Part shown: in pieces, positions 24,063 to 37,480 of the stretch
Layout of the letters: every line of letters starts with the position of its first letter
How positions within the stretch are numbered: position 1 is the first letter of the stretch
NCBI GenBank assembly: GCA_037447605.1
Contig: CM074804.1
Span: 434,001-498,000 of the forward strand
Origin: Zygnema circumcarinatum SAG 698-1b
Lineage: Eukaryota; Plantae; Zygnematophyceae
DNA length: 64,000 bases
Reading direction: 5' to 3'
The notes under the pieces: generated by a model
Seen by the model: only the letters and a program-made list of their open reading frames with translations
Told to the model about the DNA's origin: nothing
Databases searched by the model: none
Program-made: the position numbers and the translations under genes

Positions 24063-25150
24063 TCACCAGGCCTCCACAGGGAAGCCTTGAATTTTGGGCA
24101 CCTTCATCGCCAGCCGCCGGAGCTCCTCCACTTCCTGAGTAGAAAGCGACCAACCGAGCGCCCCTGCAAACTCCTTTGCCTGCACGAAAAAGGAAGGAAA
24201 GTAGAAAAAAATGGCTTTTGCAAGCCTTTAGGAGGGAATGAAGGAAACTACATGGGGGGTATACTATAGGGAGGTTTTACGTCCTGAGTGTTTTGACATT
24301 TAGTAGGGTGTTTCAGACTTCGAACAAGTTTCATCTTTTTGGCATTTGAAAGGAATATACGTGGTCCCACAAATTAAGTAGTGACTATTCTTGTTGAACT
24401 GTGTAAGGAATGTCCGTAGAAGCAACAGGCAATTTCCCCACAAAAAAAAAGTGCCTCGTCCATTGCAAATTTATTTCTTTTACTTTCATTAATACAGTCA
24501 CGAGGCAGGAGCTTACCTGCTCCTTATTTTTCGCTCCAGGAATCGGAATTATGCCTCCTTGCACCACAAGCCAGTTCAAAGCAACCTGCAAACCAACATT
24601 CCATACACCCAGGTGAACTATACGCTTCAACCTTTCCTTCGCGGCTGCTGTTAGGGCTGCGTTGTTGAGCCTGGGTGTTGCTTTCCGCTCCTTGCTTTCT
24701 TCTTTTGTCCTTAAGTCCTTTACGACCAGTTCCTCGTGGTTCTCCATGCTGATTCTGTCTATGTACATTTTGACGGCATCGCCATCGTGAGATCAATGCC
24801 ACATCTCCTTCTTCAAACTTCAACAGCAATTTTGCGAGCACGATGCCTATTACCATTACTATGCATACATTAGTTAGGGATAGACAGATAAGACATTTAA
24901 ATAACAAAAGTGTATTGGGCTGAATTGTTCCCTTCATTCACCTCTCCTCGTCTCTCTCACCTGAATTGGAGTCTTTCCATAGTCTGCTCCAAGTTCCTTC
25001 ATTCGCGTGAGCAGGGGTTGGGCCTGACCCCCACAACCAATTCTCCACATTAAGTTTCTTAAGCGATATATGAAAAGCTTCGTAAAAACAAAGAACATAG
25101 CATTAACCTAACAATATAAGAAGGGAGTCAGACTCGACACCCCTCCCTGT

Positions 25151-25207
<57 letters not shown>

Positions 25208-27028
25208 CTCGCTCTCTCCCTCTCTCTCTTCAGTTCTGTCTGCTACATCACCTTAGTGAGAAATTCCGGAGAATAGGAGTTGGCTCGAGGTCCAGTGGGT
25301 GGATTTTCAGGACTGTACTTTCCGCTCAGCACGCCTGCAGAAAAACAGAATTTGAACCTACAATATTTTTCTTAATAGCGGGTACAAAAAGAAAAAAAAA
25401 ATTCTGCCCAATTAAGACGAACTCATCTCCCGATATCGTGATTAGTTCAAAAGCTTCAACATTCGATCTTTCCTTACAAACCAAATAAAAGTAAATGTAT
25501 ATATTGCATCATCTTTGTATACAACAATTCCTCATATTTGAACCTCTCACCTTGAGCTAAGGGCGAGTAAGCGATGAGGGTTACACCGAGCTCTTCACAT
25601 GCTTTTCTCACTCCGTTCTCTTCCGGAAGTCGATACAAAATGTTGTAATGCACCTACTCCATCATAGAACATATGTTTTGATTTCCCTTTTAATCAGAAT
25701 CACAAAGTGAAGGCTTCTTCAAAAAGGGCCATAGGTAAGCTAAGATAAATGAGTACGAAGCTAAGTTGCAGAGCGAGCTGCACATATCTACGTAGCTCAA
25801 AACGAAGGATCAGGTAAGAGAGGAGACAAGAGGAGGAGAAGGAGGCAAAATTTTTAAATTAGAGCAGCTTCACCAGTGGTTACGGTGGGTATTATTAGTC
25901 ACCTGATTAGTGGCTAAAGGCACACCCCTAGCCGCAAGCTGCGCATGAGCTTCCCTTAGTCTTTTTTCTGCAGAGCACAAAGTCATCAAGTAGTTTGAAA
26001 AAACAGCACAGAAACAACAAAACAATGCGGTGCAACAGTCCGTTTTTTCTTTTTACAAATCTGCGTATAAAACCCTTTTGCAGGCCTTAGCTAAAAAATG
26101 CACCACCTTACACATTCAATAGCTAGAGAATATGATTCCATGTGGTTTTAACAGTAACAGTTATTCTACGTAGTAATTATTATCATTACAAAGAACTTAG
26201 CAGTTTCAGTTGCTGAAGGGTTCTATGGCCTCGTTTCCATGAAAGTTTGCTGCTGTAAAACTGAACTGAACTGATCTGAACTGAACAGAACAGCGAGCAT
26301 GTAGAAGCACACCTGAATAGTTCGATACTCCCACCGCTTTGGTCAGGCCCTGCTCTACGCAGTCAGCAAGCCCATCAATGTAACCTAAAAAAAAAAAAAA
26401 AAAAAAAGCGACCAACCAAACGACTGGAAAGATTTCAGTGGTGCAGTCAAACAAAGCTTTAAAAAACAGTAACAAAACGATTGGCTGAATTCAGTCGGTA
26501 GGACTACGGGGGGGAAGAGGAAACTGAGATTGGAAGAAAGCAAAAAAAAATATTTTTTTCTCTCAAAAAACGAGAGAAAGGACCAATCCCTCACCTTCAT
26601 TTCCCCATATGCCTGGCCTGTTCGGAAAAAAAAAAAAAAAGAAAAAAAAAAAAAAGAAAAGGGATAGGGGAGGGTTCAAAATGAGTGATTCCACAAGCCA
26701 TTCCAAACAAAGTTTGATGATTCTATTTTTTTTTTCCTTAGCAGATATGCATTATTCGCCTTAATTAAACAAAGAAAAAAAAACTTTTTTTTCTACAATC
26801 AGTGAAGATTTTCCGTCCATCCAAGACTGTACCACATTCGATACGGGTAAACGATGAAAACGTTTCATGGGCCCTTCAACAACTGAACACTTCATATTGA
26901 TATTGAGAGAAGTTCATGCTTTTAGCAACATAGAGAGGTGCATTGAACAATCTCAAGGGGCGGGGATGACAACTGACTCAGATTGCTTTAGCAATATCAG
27001 ATGTATTTGAGAGAGTGAGAGAGAGTGG

Positions 27029-27065
<37 letters not shown>

Positions 27066-27576
27066 GACCAATGCAGTTGGTAAAGGTCCACACTTTGCAG
27101 ATTGAGGCGCTGTAGAGATTCCTTGAGAGCTGTTACCACAGTCTTTGGGCCCACTCTCCACGGGAGAGCGGCGAACTTAGTCGCTACCAAGGGCCTCTCA
27201 TTCGCTTTCTTCTCTCTCTCCATTATGAATCTGCAATACGATGATGGCTCAGGGATCAAATGGGGAGTTGAATCTTTGCATGCTTCTATGCGCTTGTTTA
27301 TTCATTTGTTTAAATAGTTTGAATAAAAAACTAATCTTTGTTCTTTTCTTTTTGGAAATTTCAAGCAATTCTTCACTTGGCATCCCAAAGACGGTGATAT
27401 GGTTACAACAGACACAATACTGGTACAGTGCACGCACCTTCCTAGAAGCTTCTCTGAGTCTTCACCTCCAAACTACTCCCAGCCCTCCCTCAGTCACACT
27501 CTTGTCAGGCCTCAGCAGCATATATAATGTTAATTTCCAACTCATCTCTCTCCCTCTCTCACTCTCTCACTCTCTC

Positions 27577-27610
<34 letters not shown>

Positions 27611-29459
27611 GAAGCATTCGCTTTCCCACATGCACCATATAGACCCTCCATTTATTTGAAAATGGAGGCACAGAATAACAACATTTTTTGCTTTATGACG
27701 AGCAAAGAAAGGATTGGGTAAGTGAGCAGCTTGGATTGGCCTCTCACTTGCTTCGTGCCATAGACCTCTGCCAGCCCTCCCACCAATCATCAATAAAACT
27801 ACCAGATGTGAGGAAACGTTTGCTTTAGACCAAGTATCATGAAAAAGAAACTGCTCAACAGAAACTGTATCTAAAACCTCTCCAACAAAGATACCTTGCA
27901 GTATGAATATGAGGCCTCTAAAGCAGGATAGGATTCAAGAACGATGAAATCATCAGTGTACATAGGTAAAAACAATATCTTTTAATGATACAAAGTGCAG
28001 GGTAAGTGTGTGTATGAGTGAAATTTTGAAGTGGAAGTGTTTTGGAAGGCCATACCCGCCGTGTCAAAGAAGCCAAGATCGACATCCATGCTTGTTTCGA
28101 ATGCAAACTTTGCATCCTTGAGCTTCTTATCTGCTCAACAAAACAACACAAAATAACTGATATTTACTTCACTACCAGCGAAAGAAATCGAGCTGCACTT
28201 TCACGATGAAAGCTCGAATGCTAATTCTGAAAGGCTGCGATAGTTATGATTATAATATTTTTACGATCGGTGAACTACTAACAGGCAAGCAGAAAACAGT
28301 CCATCTGCATCCTTTAATCACTATTTCCTTCCGCTCTGCTATATCCTATCTCGTATCTTGGCGCCCTCACATCCTTCCACTTTCAACTTAAGAATTTTTT
28401 CCCCTTTTTTATTTTTTATTTTTAAGCCCACCTGACCATTCTCCATCGTTCCAGTAGAATTTGTCCCCCCAAGACCAGGCTCCAATTCCAATTGGTGGAA
28501 CTTCAACACTGGACTGACCGAGCCTCACTGTTTTTGTCTCTGCAGCAGTTATCGGTTCATCTAGAGTCTCTGCAGCTTTGCAGGAGAGCCTGCTGCTTTT
28601 CGCCTTCTTAATGTTACGACCCTTCAACTGCAATGCTTGCCCAAAGTCATCGCCCTGCACCAGCGATCAAGTTCGAAAGAATTTCAGATTTTGGTAGATA
28701 TGAACATATTATTTATTCAGGATGATTGAGAAGGACAGAGATGGGGGAGATCAGGTCATTGGCGGGAACACAGACAAAAATATCACAATGTCATTTACTA
28801 CTAGGAGAGGAAAGTCTCATGAGTTTTAAAGGCTATACTTGGGCATAACTTTTCCAAACGGGTAACAATTTCTTTACATCAATTTCCGAAATGCTCTTTA
28901 GCTGTCCATTTTCTGTCCTAGTGAAGGAGGAGGTCGTGCAGCTCCATTAGCACTTCACTTAGTCCTCCCCCTCGTCCAAACCGGAAAGTAATTGCCGAGT
29001 ACTTTCCAGATGATTCTCTCTCTCTTCCTCTCCCTCACTCCACTCTCTCTCCCCAACTCTCTCTCTCTTTCTCCCACTCTCTTCCCCTTCCCTCTCTCCC
29101 CTCTCTTTGCCTCCTCTCTCCCCCGCTCTCTCGCTCTCCCCCTCTCACATACAACGTACACTTCGGCTCTCAGCAGTCCCTCTCCCCCCCTCCCCCCCCT
29201 CTCCCTCTTCCCCTCTCTGCATTTCCCCTCGCCAGTCGCCACTTGCTCCTGTCTCAAAATCTCTCTCTCTCTTACCCTAACCCCTGCATTGACTTATATA
29301 CGTCCATTCCGGCAGACTCAGGATACATCCACGCAGTATCTTCAAAATTTATTCAAACTGCTACTGCCTCCTCTCCTCCATTGCAGGCCACAGTTCAAGC
29401 AGCAACAGGAGACGTACCTTGAGCGCGAGCTGGTTGGGCAGGCTCAAGCGCAGCGCCAT
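24063..29459 (-). CDS. Aldo-keto reductase, plastid-targeted At1g06690/pyridoxal-reductase-like type, 14 exons
   Basis: Exons 29459-29418, 28654-28432, 28130-28056, 27767-27748, 27472-27438, 27230-27069, 26617-26595, 26384-26313, 25967-25903, 25653-25551, 25334-25252, 25023-24961, 24585-24517, 24179-24063; all GT-AG and in phase. Motifs [66 protein letters not shown]. Confidence 0.94.
24740..24805 (-). repeat. Dispersed ~65-bp repeat with hairpin core (copy in AKR intron)
   Basis: Minus strand reads GATGTGGCATTGATCTCACGATGGCGATGCCGTCAAAATGTACATAGACAGAATCAGCATGG; homologous copies at 30246-30310, 11718-11763 and 53504-53563. Confidence 0.75.
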
Positions 29460-29649
29460 GTCTACGCCTATTTCTCCTTTCTCTCTCCCCCTTCTCCCTC
29501 TCCCTCTGTCTCTCTCGCTCTCTCCCCCCCCCTCAAACCGAGGCCTTATTGGAAGCAGAAACGTAATTTGCGTCCCTATGCAAATGCAGGCGCCACGTCC
29601 CGCGCATAGCTGCATCACTTTCAGTGATGTTCGGCCAGTCATTGCATCG

Positions 29650-30130
29650 CAGCGTACAGATTCTTACATATTCGTACAATTTCGTACAGTACCTTCCGTA
29701 TAGTATATGATGCTGGCAACACTAACATCACTTGTACGAATGATGTAGCTCAACAAGACGCCACGTGGCAGGAGCTCGCGCCCCTGGAAGGGCGAAAGTC
29801 GGCGTGCCGTACGACCTCCACTTGTACGAACGGCCCCTGCAACAGGACACGTGGCACGTGCTGGCACTTGCAACGTGGCGACAGGATCGACGCCATCTCC
29901 CGGGTGCGCCCACGGCCCAATCGACGGTCTAGATCGGCCGATCGGGCATCGGTTCACATCTGATGGTGGGGATGGCACGTTGGGGCACGCTCGATCGGAC
30001 GGTCCGGATGGGGCCACGCTGTGCATATCCGACGGTCGTCGCGACAGCCCCGAGAGTGCCGATCGGACGGCGCACGTCGGACGATCTTAGATGTTGTATC
30101 CGATGGTTGTACAGATCGGACGGTCCATGT
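29650..30130 (-). promoter_or_regulatory. AKR promoter: CGTAC cluster, G-boxes and ATC(G/C)GACGG repeats
   Basis: Six CGTAC cores at 29652-29829, including TTCGTACAA at 29671-29679; CACGTG near 29762, 29848 and 29855; five ATC(G/C)GACGG-like motifs at 29920-30126. Confidence 0.6.
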
Positions 30131-30245
30131 GGGACTCTAGAGGAGTTGCTCCAAACGAGTACCTCGTCTGCAGGGTTCCTTCTATGAGAAGGCCTATCTG
30201 TGCACATGCTTCATCACTGCTCATGCCTTTCTTTCATCTTCATTG

Positions 30246-30310
30246 TTCCCCATGATGATTCTGTCCATGTACATTTGATGGCATCGCCATCATGAGATCA
30301 ATGCCAAATC
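30246..30310 (-). repeat. Dispersed ~65-bp repeat with hairpin core (copy just 3' of LTV1)
   Basis: Minus strand reads GATTTGGCATTGATCTCATGATGGCGATGCCATCAAATGTACATGGACAGAATCATCATGG, highly similar to the 24740-24805 copy. Confidence 0.75.
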
Positions 30311-30452
30311 ACCTTCCCATTCTCGGCTTACTTCATGAAAGAGACGCATAAAAAGCCACAATTAGGGGCTGGACTGTATGCCTCAAGCCTGCCACAGCTC
30401 ACCACTGCCATTATTCCATTATTCCAAGCAACCCTCGTCCTCTTAAACCCTC

Positions 30453-33400
30453 TTACTGCAAATGCATTCCCTGAGGGGTGATGCGCGCTGCTCCCTGCTG
30501 GGCCTGCACTCCTACTCTGCGGTACATCATCCTCACTTCCTTCTTTACCGCACGTGCCTTCCTCTGCTGCTCCTTTGCGGCCGTCTGCACGACCCCACAG
30601 AGAGTTTGAATCATTCATCCCATACAATTCAATTCAAAGTTCAAACCTGCAACATGAACGTGAAGCACAAACACGAGCATGAACGGAGAGGCACACCTTT
30701 CTTGCTTTCCTCTCCTCTGGAGTCTCGTCTTTACGTCTTGCCAAAATCTCCGGACTCCCATCAGCAACCGCCACTTTGGCCTCTCCCTGCCCTCCCACCC
30801 GTCTGGGTAAGAAGTCCACAGGAAGCTGCTCTCTCCCCGTCAATCGAATCTTATCAACGGGAACTCCTTCTGGAAGCTTCTGCAATGGCTTCCGTTCCGA
30901 TCTCTTCTTCCCCGGATCCCCGATTTTTGCAGGATGGTTGTCAAGATTGGAGTAAGTGGAAACAATGGATTCACAGTCCCACATTTCCCTCTCATCCTCT
31001 TCTGTTTCCGTCAATACTAACTCCTCTTCCTCCTCTGATACCTCGTGGTCTTCAACCCTTTCTTCTCTCCCACCAACTTCCCTCTTGGATTGCGAATCCT
31101 CGCCGATATCCTTTCCTTCTAAGCTACCATCCCTGCCATCTTCACAAGCAATCTGCTGTTCATCCCCCCCTGAAGAAGTAGCCTTTTCAGCATGCACTCC
31201 ATCAGCACTGCTCCTCTCTCCCTCTTCTTTCGTCCCCTTCGCATCTGTGGAGGGCTTCCTTTCTCTCCGACCCAACAAGCCTCTCGCTTCCTCTAATGTA
31301 TGCTCCTTCGACTGTTCCAAAAACTCATCGAGAACTGAATCAAAATGAGAAATATCTGCATGGCCCCGAGCCAACGGATCTCCTTCATCCATTTCTCCGA
31401 TCTCATCATCGTCATACTCGCGCATGGCCAACTGCACACCGCTCAATTTCACAACATGAGTCAACAAGGAACACGAAACTTTCACTCTCATTCCAAGAAA
31501 CAAGATAAGGGCCCTCCACATCAAGGCCTTGCACCAATAGAACATGCAACAACAAGAGCTCCTAAAGTGTACATCAAAGCTTGCACTGCTAAGTTCAATT
31601 TCTTCTTTTACCCACAAAGAATATTAAGAAAGAGCATGACGTTTGGCATCAACAGACTAACCACACTGCAGAGCATCTGAACCCTATCTATCTCCTTTCC
31701 TCAGAAATTGGACTGTGCTCTAATGCATTCTCTACAGCACTCATCCTTCGAACCCCTCTGTTTCAGCAATCATCAATTCCACGCTTTACGCTGCATGACT
31801 TCATACATCGCAACATAGTGATATTTATTTGTTTAAGAACGGCGCTTAAGTGCGAATTCTACATTCCTGAAGCGTTTTGAGTTGCAACCTCACATTTTCA
31901 AATTGTTCATCCAAGAGCCTCAACCGCCGGGCAGACGCTCCATCTTTCAAGGACATTTGGCGCCTCTCCTCCGCTCCCTGATCCTCGTCAGAGTCATCTT
32001 CGTCATCAAACTCCTCCCACTCATCGGACTCTTCACCAGCCTCACTTCTCATTCCTATTTTACCTGCAACAAGCTTATCCCTCTCCGCATGCTCCCGCAG
32101 CAGCTGTCCTCTTCTATCCATCTGCAACTTCCCCTTCCCTCGTCCAATACCTGCTTCTCCCTCACTCTCACCCCTCCCATCCTGCCCACCCAATTTCTCA
32201 TCTCTTTCAAAAGTTTTCCCTGAACCCTCGCCTCCCATTCCGCTGTACGCATTTGCTTGGACCACGAAGTCATCCTCAAGCTCATCTCCTGAGCCCTCCT
32301 CCGACCCCTCACTATTGTCTAGAGCTGCAAGAATGTCCGGGTCGATTCCTTTGAAAGTGTCTCCTGCCACTCGCAGTTCACGTGTCTGTGAGCTCACAGC
32401 AGTTATCACTTTCATATCCGTAATGTTCTCAAGGTCTTCAGGCGCTGACCTCAGTTCCACCATCGAAGCATCATATGCCTGCACAGAAAATGCTGCAGAC
32501 TCAATTCAGTGGAAACAATCAAAGACAGAACAAGGCGTACTTCACATCGCATCAACAAAAAAAAACTGATTAGAATTTGCTTCTCTCCATAGCTCACGTT
32601 CGCTTACAATGAAGCAGCTTCCCATCTTCGTCTTAGCGACAAAATGTCAGTGGCAATAGTCTACTAAGCACCAAAACCATAGTTGCATTTACAACAACTA
32701 AAGCCACAATTTAAAGAGATGAAGCAGGCAGCCGTCTGACGCAAGCATCCGCCCAAACGAGGTCAAGGTTGAGCTCTAACCCCAGAAAACAAAGCGGGCT
32801 GCTTGAAATCTCTACTGAAGTCTTGAACGCTTGAAATAAAGGTGTGGGGAGAATTCCTTGGCAGCTTCTGCTAAGTGTTGCGCTGAACTATTTAGCATCG
32901 TAATAGTATGCTGAACGAGGCAAAAAAACAAACAAAAAAGAACACAAACAAGTAGAATTGGCACACCTTGACATCAGCTCGAAGCGCTCCCACTCGAGTT
33001 TCCGACGGCACAAAAACGCCAAAGCTCCTCTTGATTCCAATTTCCCGGAGATGCTTAGTGTAGTCATATCCATCATCAGGAAGGCCCATCTCAAGAATCT
33101 CTCTCCTCGCATCCTCACTAAGGACTTTCTTCCCACCGCTCACACTCCATGCATCCGCTGACAGCCTGCTCATAGAGTCCGGCGCCCTCCTCCTCGCCCT
33201 CTCCCCCCCTTCTCCAAATCCATCCACTTCTTCCTCTCCTTCCTCCTCCTCCTCATCTTCCGCGTCTCCAAAGACGTCTCCCCCCCCCTCCCCCCTCTGC
33301 GGGTAGTCATCAGAGAAGCCAGGCACGTGATTGGTGCCGCCATCCGTACGCACAAAGATACGCTCTTCAGGCGCGCCCTCGCCGCCATGGCCGCCGCGGA

Positions 33401-33455
33401 AGACGAGCGAGAAGGTGGCCGCCTTGCGCTTGTCAACGAAAGGCTTCTTCCCCAT
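30453..33455 (-). CDS. LTV1: LTV1 homolog (pre-40S ribosome biogenesis factor), 4 exons
   Basis: Exons 33455-32967, 32478-31894, 31431-30697, 30584-30453; phase 0; 646 aa. Motifs MGKKPFVDKRKAATFSLVFR, LPDDGYDYTKHLREI, LEDDFVVQAN, LLDEQFE, REYDDDEIG, WDCESIVSTYSNLDNHPAKI, ETPEERKARK. Telo-box AACCCTAA at 33622-33629. Confidence 0.95.
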
Positions 33456-33498
33456 GGCACCTACCTCCCCCTCTCTCCGTCTCTCTCTCTCCCCACCT

Positions 33499-33554
<56 letters not shown>

Positions 33555-34355
33555 TCTCTCTCTCTCTCCCTCTCTCTTTTCTCTCCTGCCGAGGGAGGCG
33601 GAGGGAGGTAAGGGCGGCTGTAACCCTAATTTGAGCCCTTCTGCTTCATTAGCGAACTACACAGGCGAGCATCGTCCAATAAGCGGGATACTCATTCTTA
33701 GCTTCGGGTTTCGCAGCGGAGTTCATAATCCGTACTTTGTGCTCTTATAGTTCTCCTCTGGTTTGACGTAAGAGCGAGTTCGATTTCAATTCTTATGCTC
33801 GATTGCTCAGAATAAGTTTCACAAATGACGATGCGCCAAGTGGCAAGCGTTGACACGTGACGAGTTCTGATTGCAGCTCGGGAGGGCTTACGTCAATGAA
33901 GAAGTACAGCTCGTCTCATTCCGTACGGTACGAATTTGTAGCGTCCGTATGAAATGTACACGTGGTGAATTCCCATTAAAGGACGCTGCAGTGGCTCAGG
34001 AGGAAGGCCCCAAATGCGGGTGCTGCCGCGCTCGCTTGACGCGGAGAGAGAGGGAGAGGGAGAGAGAGAGAGGGGGAGGGGAGAGGGAGAGAGAGAGAGA
34101 GAGAGGGAGGGAGGGAGGGAGGGAGGGAGGGAGGGAGTACGAGAGAGAGCCGGGGAGAGGGAAACAGTTACAAAGGGAAATAGAGAGGCAGCGAGAGGGG
34201 AGTGAGGAGAGCGAGAAACAGGCAGAGAGAGAGAGAGCGAGGGGGGAGAGGCGTGAGAGAGAAGGAGAGGCAGAGAGAGAGCAGGAAATGAAGGGAGATA
34301 AAAGGAGAGTCAGTTAAAGGCAAGGAGGCTGGTGAAGAGAGAGGAGGAAGGCGCC

Positions 34356-37300
34356 ATGACTGCCGGGAATGAGACATTGTGTGATGCAATTGGCTCCCTT
34401 GTGCAGCACTGCATCGCTTCCAGGACGGCTGAAGGGCACCTCTTAGAGCTCTTCACTCGGCCCCTGAAGGACTCAGACACGTGAGCGCCACGTGGCCTAC
34501 CGAAGGGCCTGCTAGGATGTTGGAAAACGAAGGGGAAGGGCAGTAGGGTTTTCTGGAAGCGCTCTGTTGTAGTCTGCACATAATTAGGGCAAGATATGAG
34601 GAATTGAGTGACTTCTGACGTGTGGAAAGCGTTCGAATTTCGAAGTGGGGGCGATGTATTTCAGTAATGTGCAGCTTACAGCTGTCGTCGCAGGATGGAA
34701 TAACTTACTCTTCTTACTTACTCTTACGTCTTACTTTATGGAATAAGTGATGAATGAAACAGTCGAGGGCCAATTATCTTTGAACAGAAGTACTTTTCGT
34801 TTCATAATTGACGGAAATGTGAAATACCGGCTTAGAGAACTCACAATGTGCGGGTTCAGATCGGGGTCGGAACGCCGAGTGACTGAAAGAACCATAGTTT
34901 CATCGATTAACAGTATCTAAAAGTTTGGAAAGCCCAAACACCGTAATTAAGCAATGAGGATCTTGCTGGTTTCTTTGCTTCCTTGACTGAACCTTACACG
35001 GTACATTACGTATAAGTAGTGTAAGTTCATTTAAATTTCATTTTTTACTTTTTCCTCTATTGTATTGTATTGCAGGTGTGAGAGTTACCTCCTCTTGCCG
35101 GCTGAGAACACATGGAACCAGACCGCGCGAGCAGTACTTTATGGTGCGGGCCTAATTTGGTGCTGCATAGGCCTGGCAGCCATCACAGGAGTCTTCATGA
35201 AGGCGCTTGAAAGCATATCGAGCACCGTGGTGGAGGTGCGTTCCTTTCTAAGCTTTGAACTTTGAACTTTCAAACTCCTATGCTTTGACCTTAGATATTC
35301 TAAGCTTTGAACTTTGAACTTCTAAACTTCGAAACTAAGCTTCTGCTGAAGCTAGGTTTTGATCCCATACCGTACCACCAACGTCTTTAGGACGCTTGAT
35401 GCCATGTATTCTTGAAAATCCAAATTTAAAACGAAAAAGTTCCTCAAAAGCTAATTGTCAGTACGAAAGTCATGTTCGCAAACGTTGTGGTATATAATAT
35501 GTTGCTGGAAATGAACGGAACCCATACAATAGCTAAATCTTCACTACTCGTTGAAGAAGGGGCTTACACACGTTAGGGCACGCGCAGGTGAAGAGACAAA
35601 ATCCGTTGACAGGAGTTGAGCAGCGGTTCTATGAGCGTTACTGGAACGGAACGATCGCCAATTTGACCTTGTTGGCTTTGGGCACATCTGCTCCTGAAGT
35701 TTGTCTCGCTCTCATTGATGGTCTCAAACACCTGGGGAAGCCTCCAGGAGGTATGCCCACAACCCTTCCTATAGAAATACTGCAATTACCTTTTATCTTA
35801 TATTATCTTAAAGGCATTAATGTTCTTCATGTGCCCGGCGAGATGCATAGGCTTATATCCCCCCCTCCTTCTCTCACCTTCGTTCCTTGCATCTCTTCTG
35901 AGTCTTCAGCTAAACTCAGCTACGAAAACACGTCTGTTCTTCTGAGCTGCCTACACATTTCTGCAAGTTCTGCAACGATGACTTGTTTTCACTAATACTC
36001 TCTCTCTCTCTCTTTTTTAATCTTATGTGCGAGCAGAACTCGGGCCAGGAACCATACTGGGCTCAGCCGCATTCAACACGTTGATCATTTTGGCAGTTTG
36101 TGTGGTGGCCCCAAAGCCAGTTCCCGTAGTTCGGAAAATCTCCGATTACGGAACTTTTCTTGTGGAGCTTATTGCATCACTTTGGGCTTACTTGTGGCTA
36201 CTTCTGATCATCAAGGTGACTAAAAACCACGTATTATCCCATCATATCAATCTTCTTTATTTATGTACTCAAGTTAATCCATTCGAACCGGAGAATCCAT
36301 AGTTCTGCTCTTTTTCCATAAAAGTAATGGTAATGGCCCTTCGAATTAACATAGTGAACCAAGATGCAAAAATCATTTTCAAGCCTCTCTGGCTTGCTTT
36401 TATTCCAAACCAGACAAAATTCTGCATTCTTTACGACCCAAACCCAAGTTCGAAATTCGAATCTGAAGAAAGCCATTCCAGAAATTTCATGTAAACTTGA
36501 AATTTGAAGTTAGACTCATATATATACTCAGACTTAGATATATGGATATTTAGGGAAAAAGATGCGTACTTTACCCATCGTTTGCACTAAATACTCGTAT
36601 ATATTTAGCCTCCACCTCCCCCTCCCCCTCCCTCTGCCCCACTTTTCCCCTCCCCCCTTCCCCCCCACACTTTTTCCTCCCCCTATGTGCAGGTGATATC
36701 TCCTGGAAGAGTGAGCATTTGGGAAGCAGCCGCCACCCTCGCTCAGTTTCCTCTCTTTGTGCTTCTCGCATATGGACAAGACCAGAAATGGGCATTTGCA
36801 TGGCTTGGAAGGACCCCTATCAACAACCCTACCACTCTCTCCCACTCTACTTCTAACCTGAGCTTGAGTCAATTGGATCAGCCGGGCAGCCCAGAAGCCG
36901 CCAGTGTACCCACTTCACCCATCATGTAAGCTGCAATTCATATTAATATCGTAACATTATGGATGTCAAAAACAATAATCGATGTTTGTTCAAGATCTCA
37001 TGCATTATTGTATAGAAAGTGCTTCCTACATGCTTTGACTCACAAATCTGCGATTGATGCTACCTGTGATACTGTGTATCTCGTCTCTCTCCTCTCCACC
37101 CACCCACCCCCCCCCCCGGCCCTTCTCCTTGTTCTAATCATTTGATCGTTTTTTTCTTTTAACTATGGCAGTGTTCGCAATTCCCTTCATCAAAATTTGA
37201 AGTTTCGCGCTCGGGCAGTGAAGCTGGTGAGTCTGGTGGGGAGGGCGAGAGCTTCCACAGAGAGAGGCTTCGTAGAGGAAAGCGAAACCAAGCCAAACTT

Positions 37301-37441
37301 TGAGCTGTGTGAGCATCCTACGCCTTACTCAAGTTTTTATTCTGCCTGAACATTTAAATTTGAGTGTGAAGACCTTTGAATCTGCCAACTTGAATCAGCA
37401 ATATGACCAGCAGATTGTCAGAGATCAGGTTCAAGTCATAA

Positions 37442-37480
<39 letters not shown>

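Noticed and set aside
24385-24768. 127-aa minus-strand ORF ([14 protein letters not shown]...) as a separate gene
   Set aside because: It starts in the dispersed repeat inside an AKR intron and runs into AKR exon 13 in frame; there is no independent promoter or recognisable domain.
24775-24800. Hairpin as a SECIS, IRE, riboswitch or C/D snoRNA
   Set aside because: It lacks the AUGA/GA quartet with AA loop, the CAGUG loop, the TPP motifs and properly placed C (RUGAUGA) and D (CUGA) boxes.
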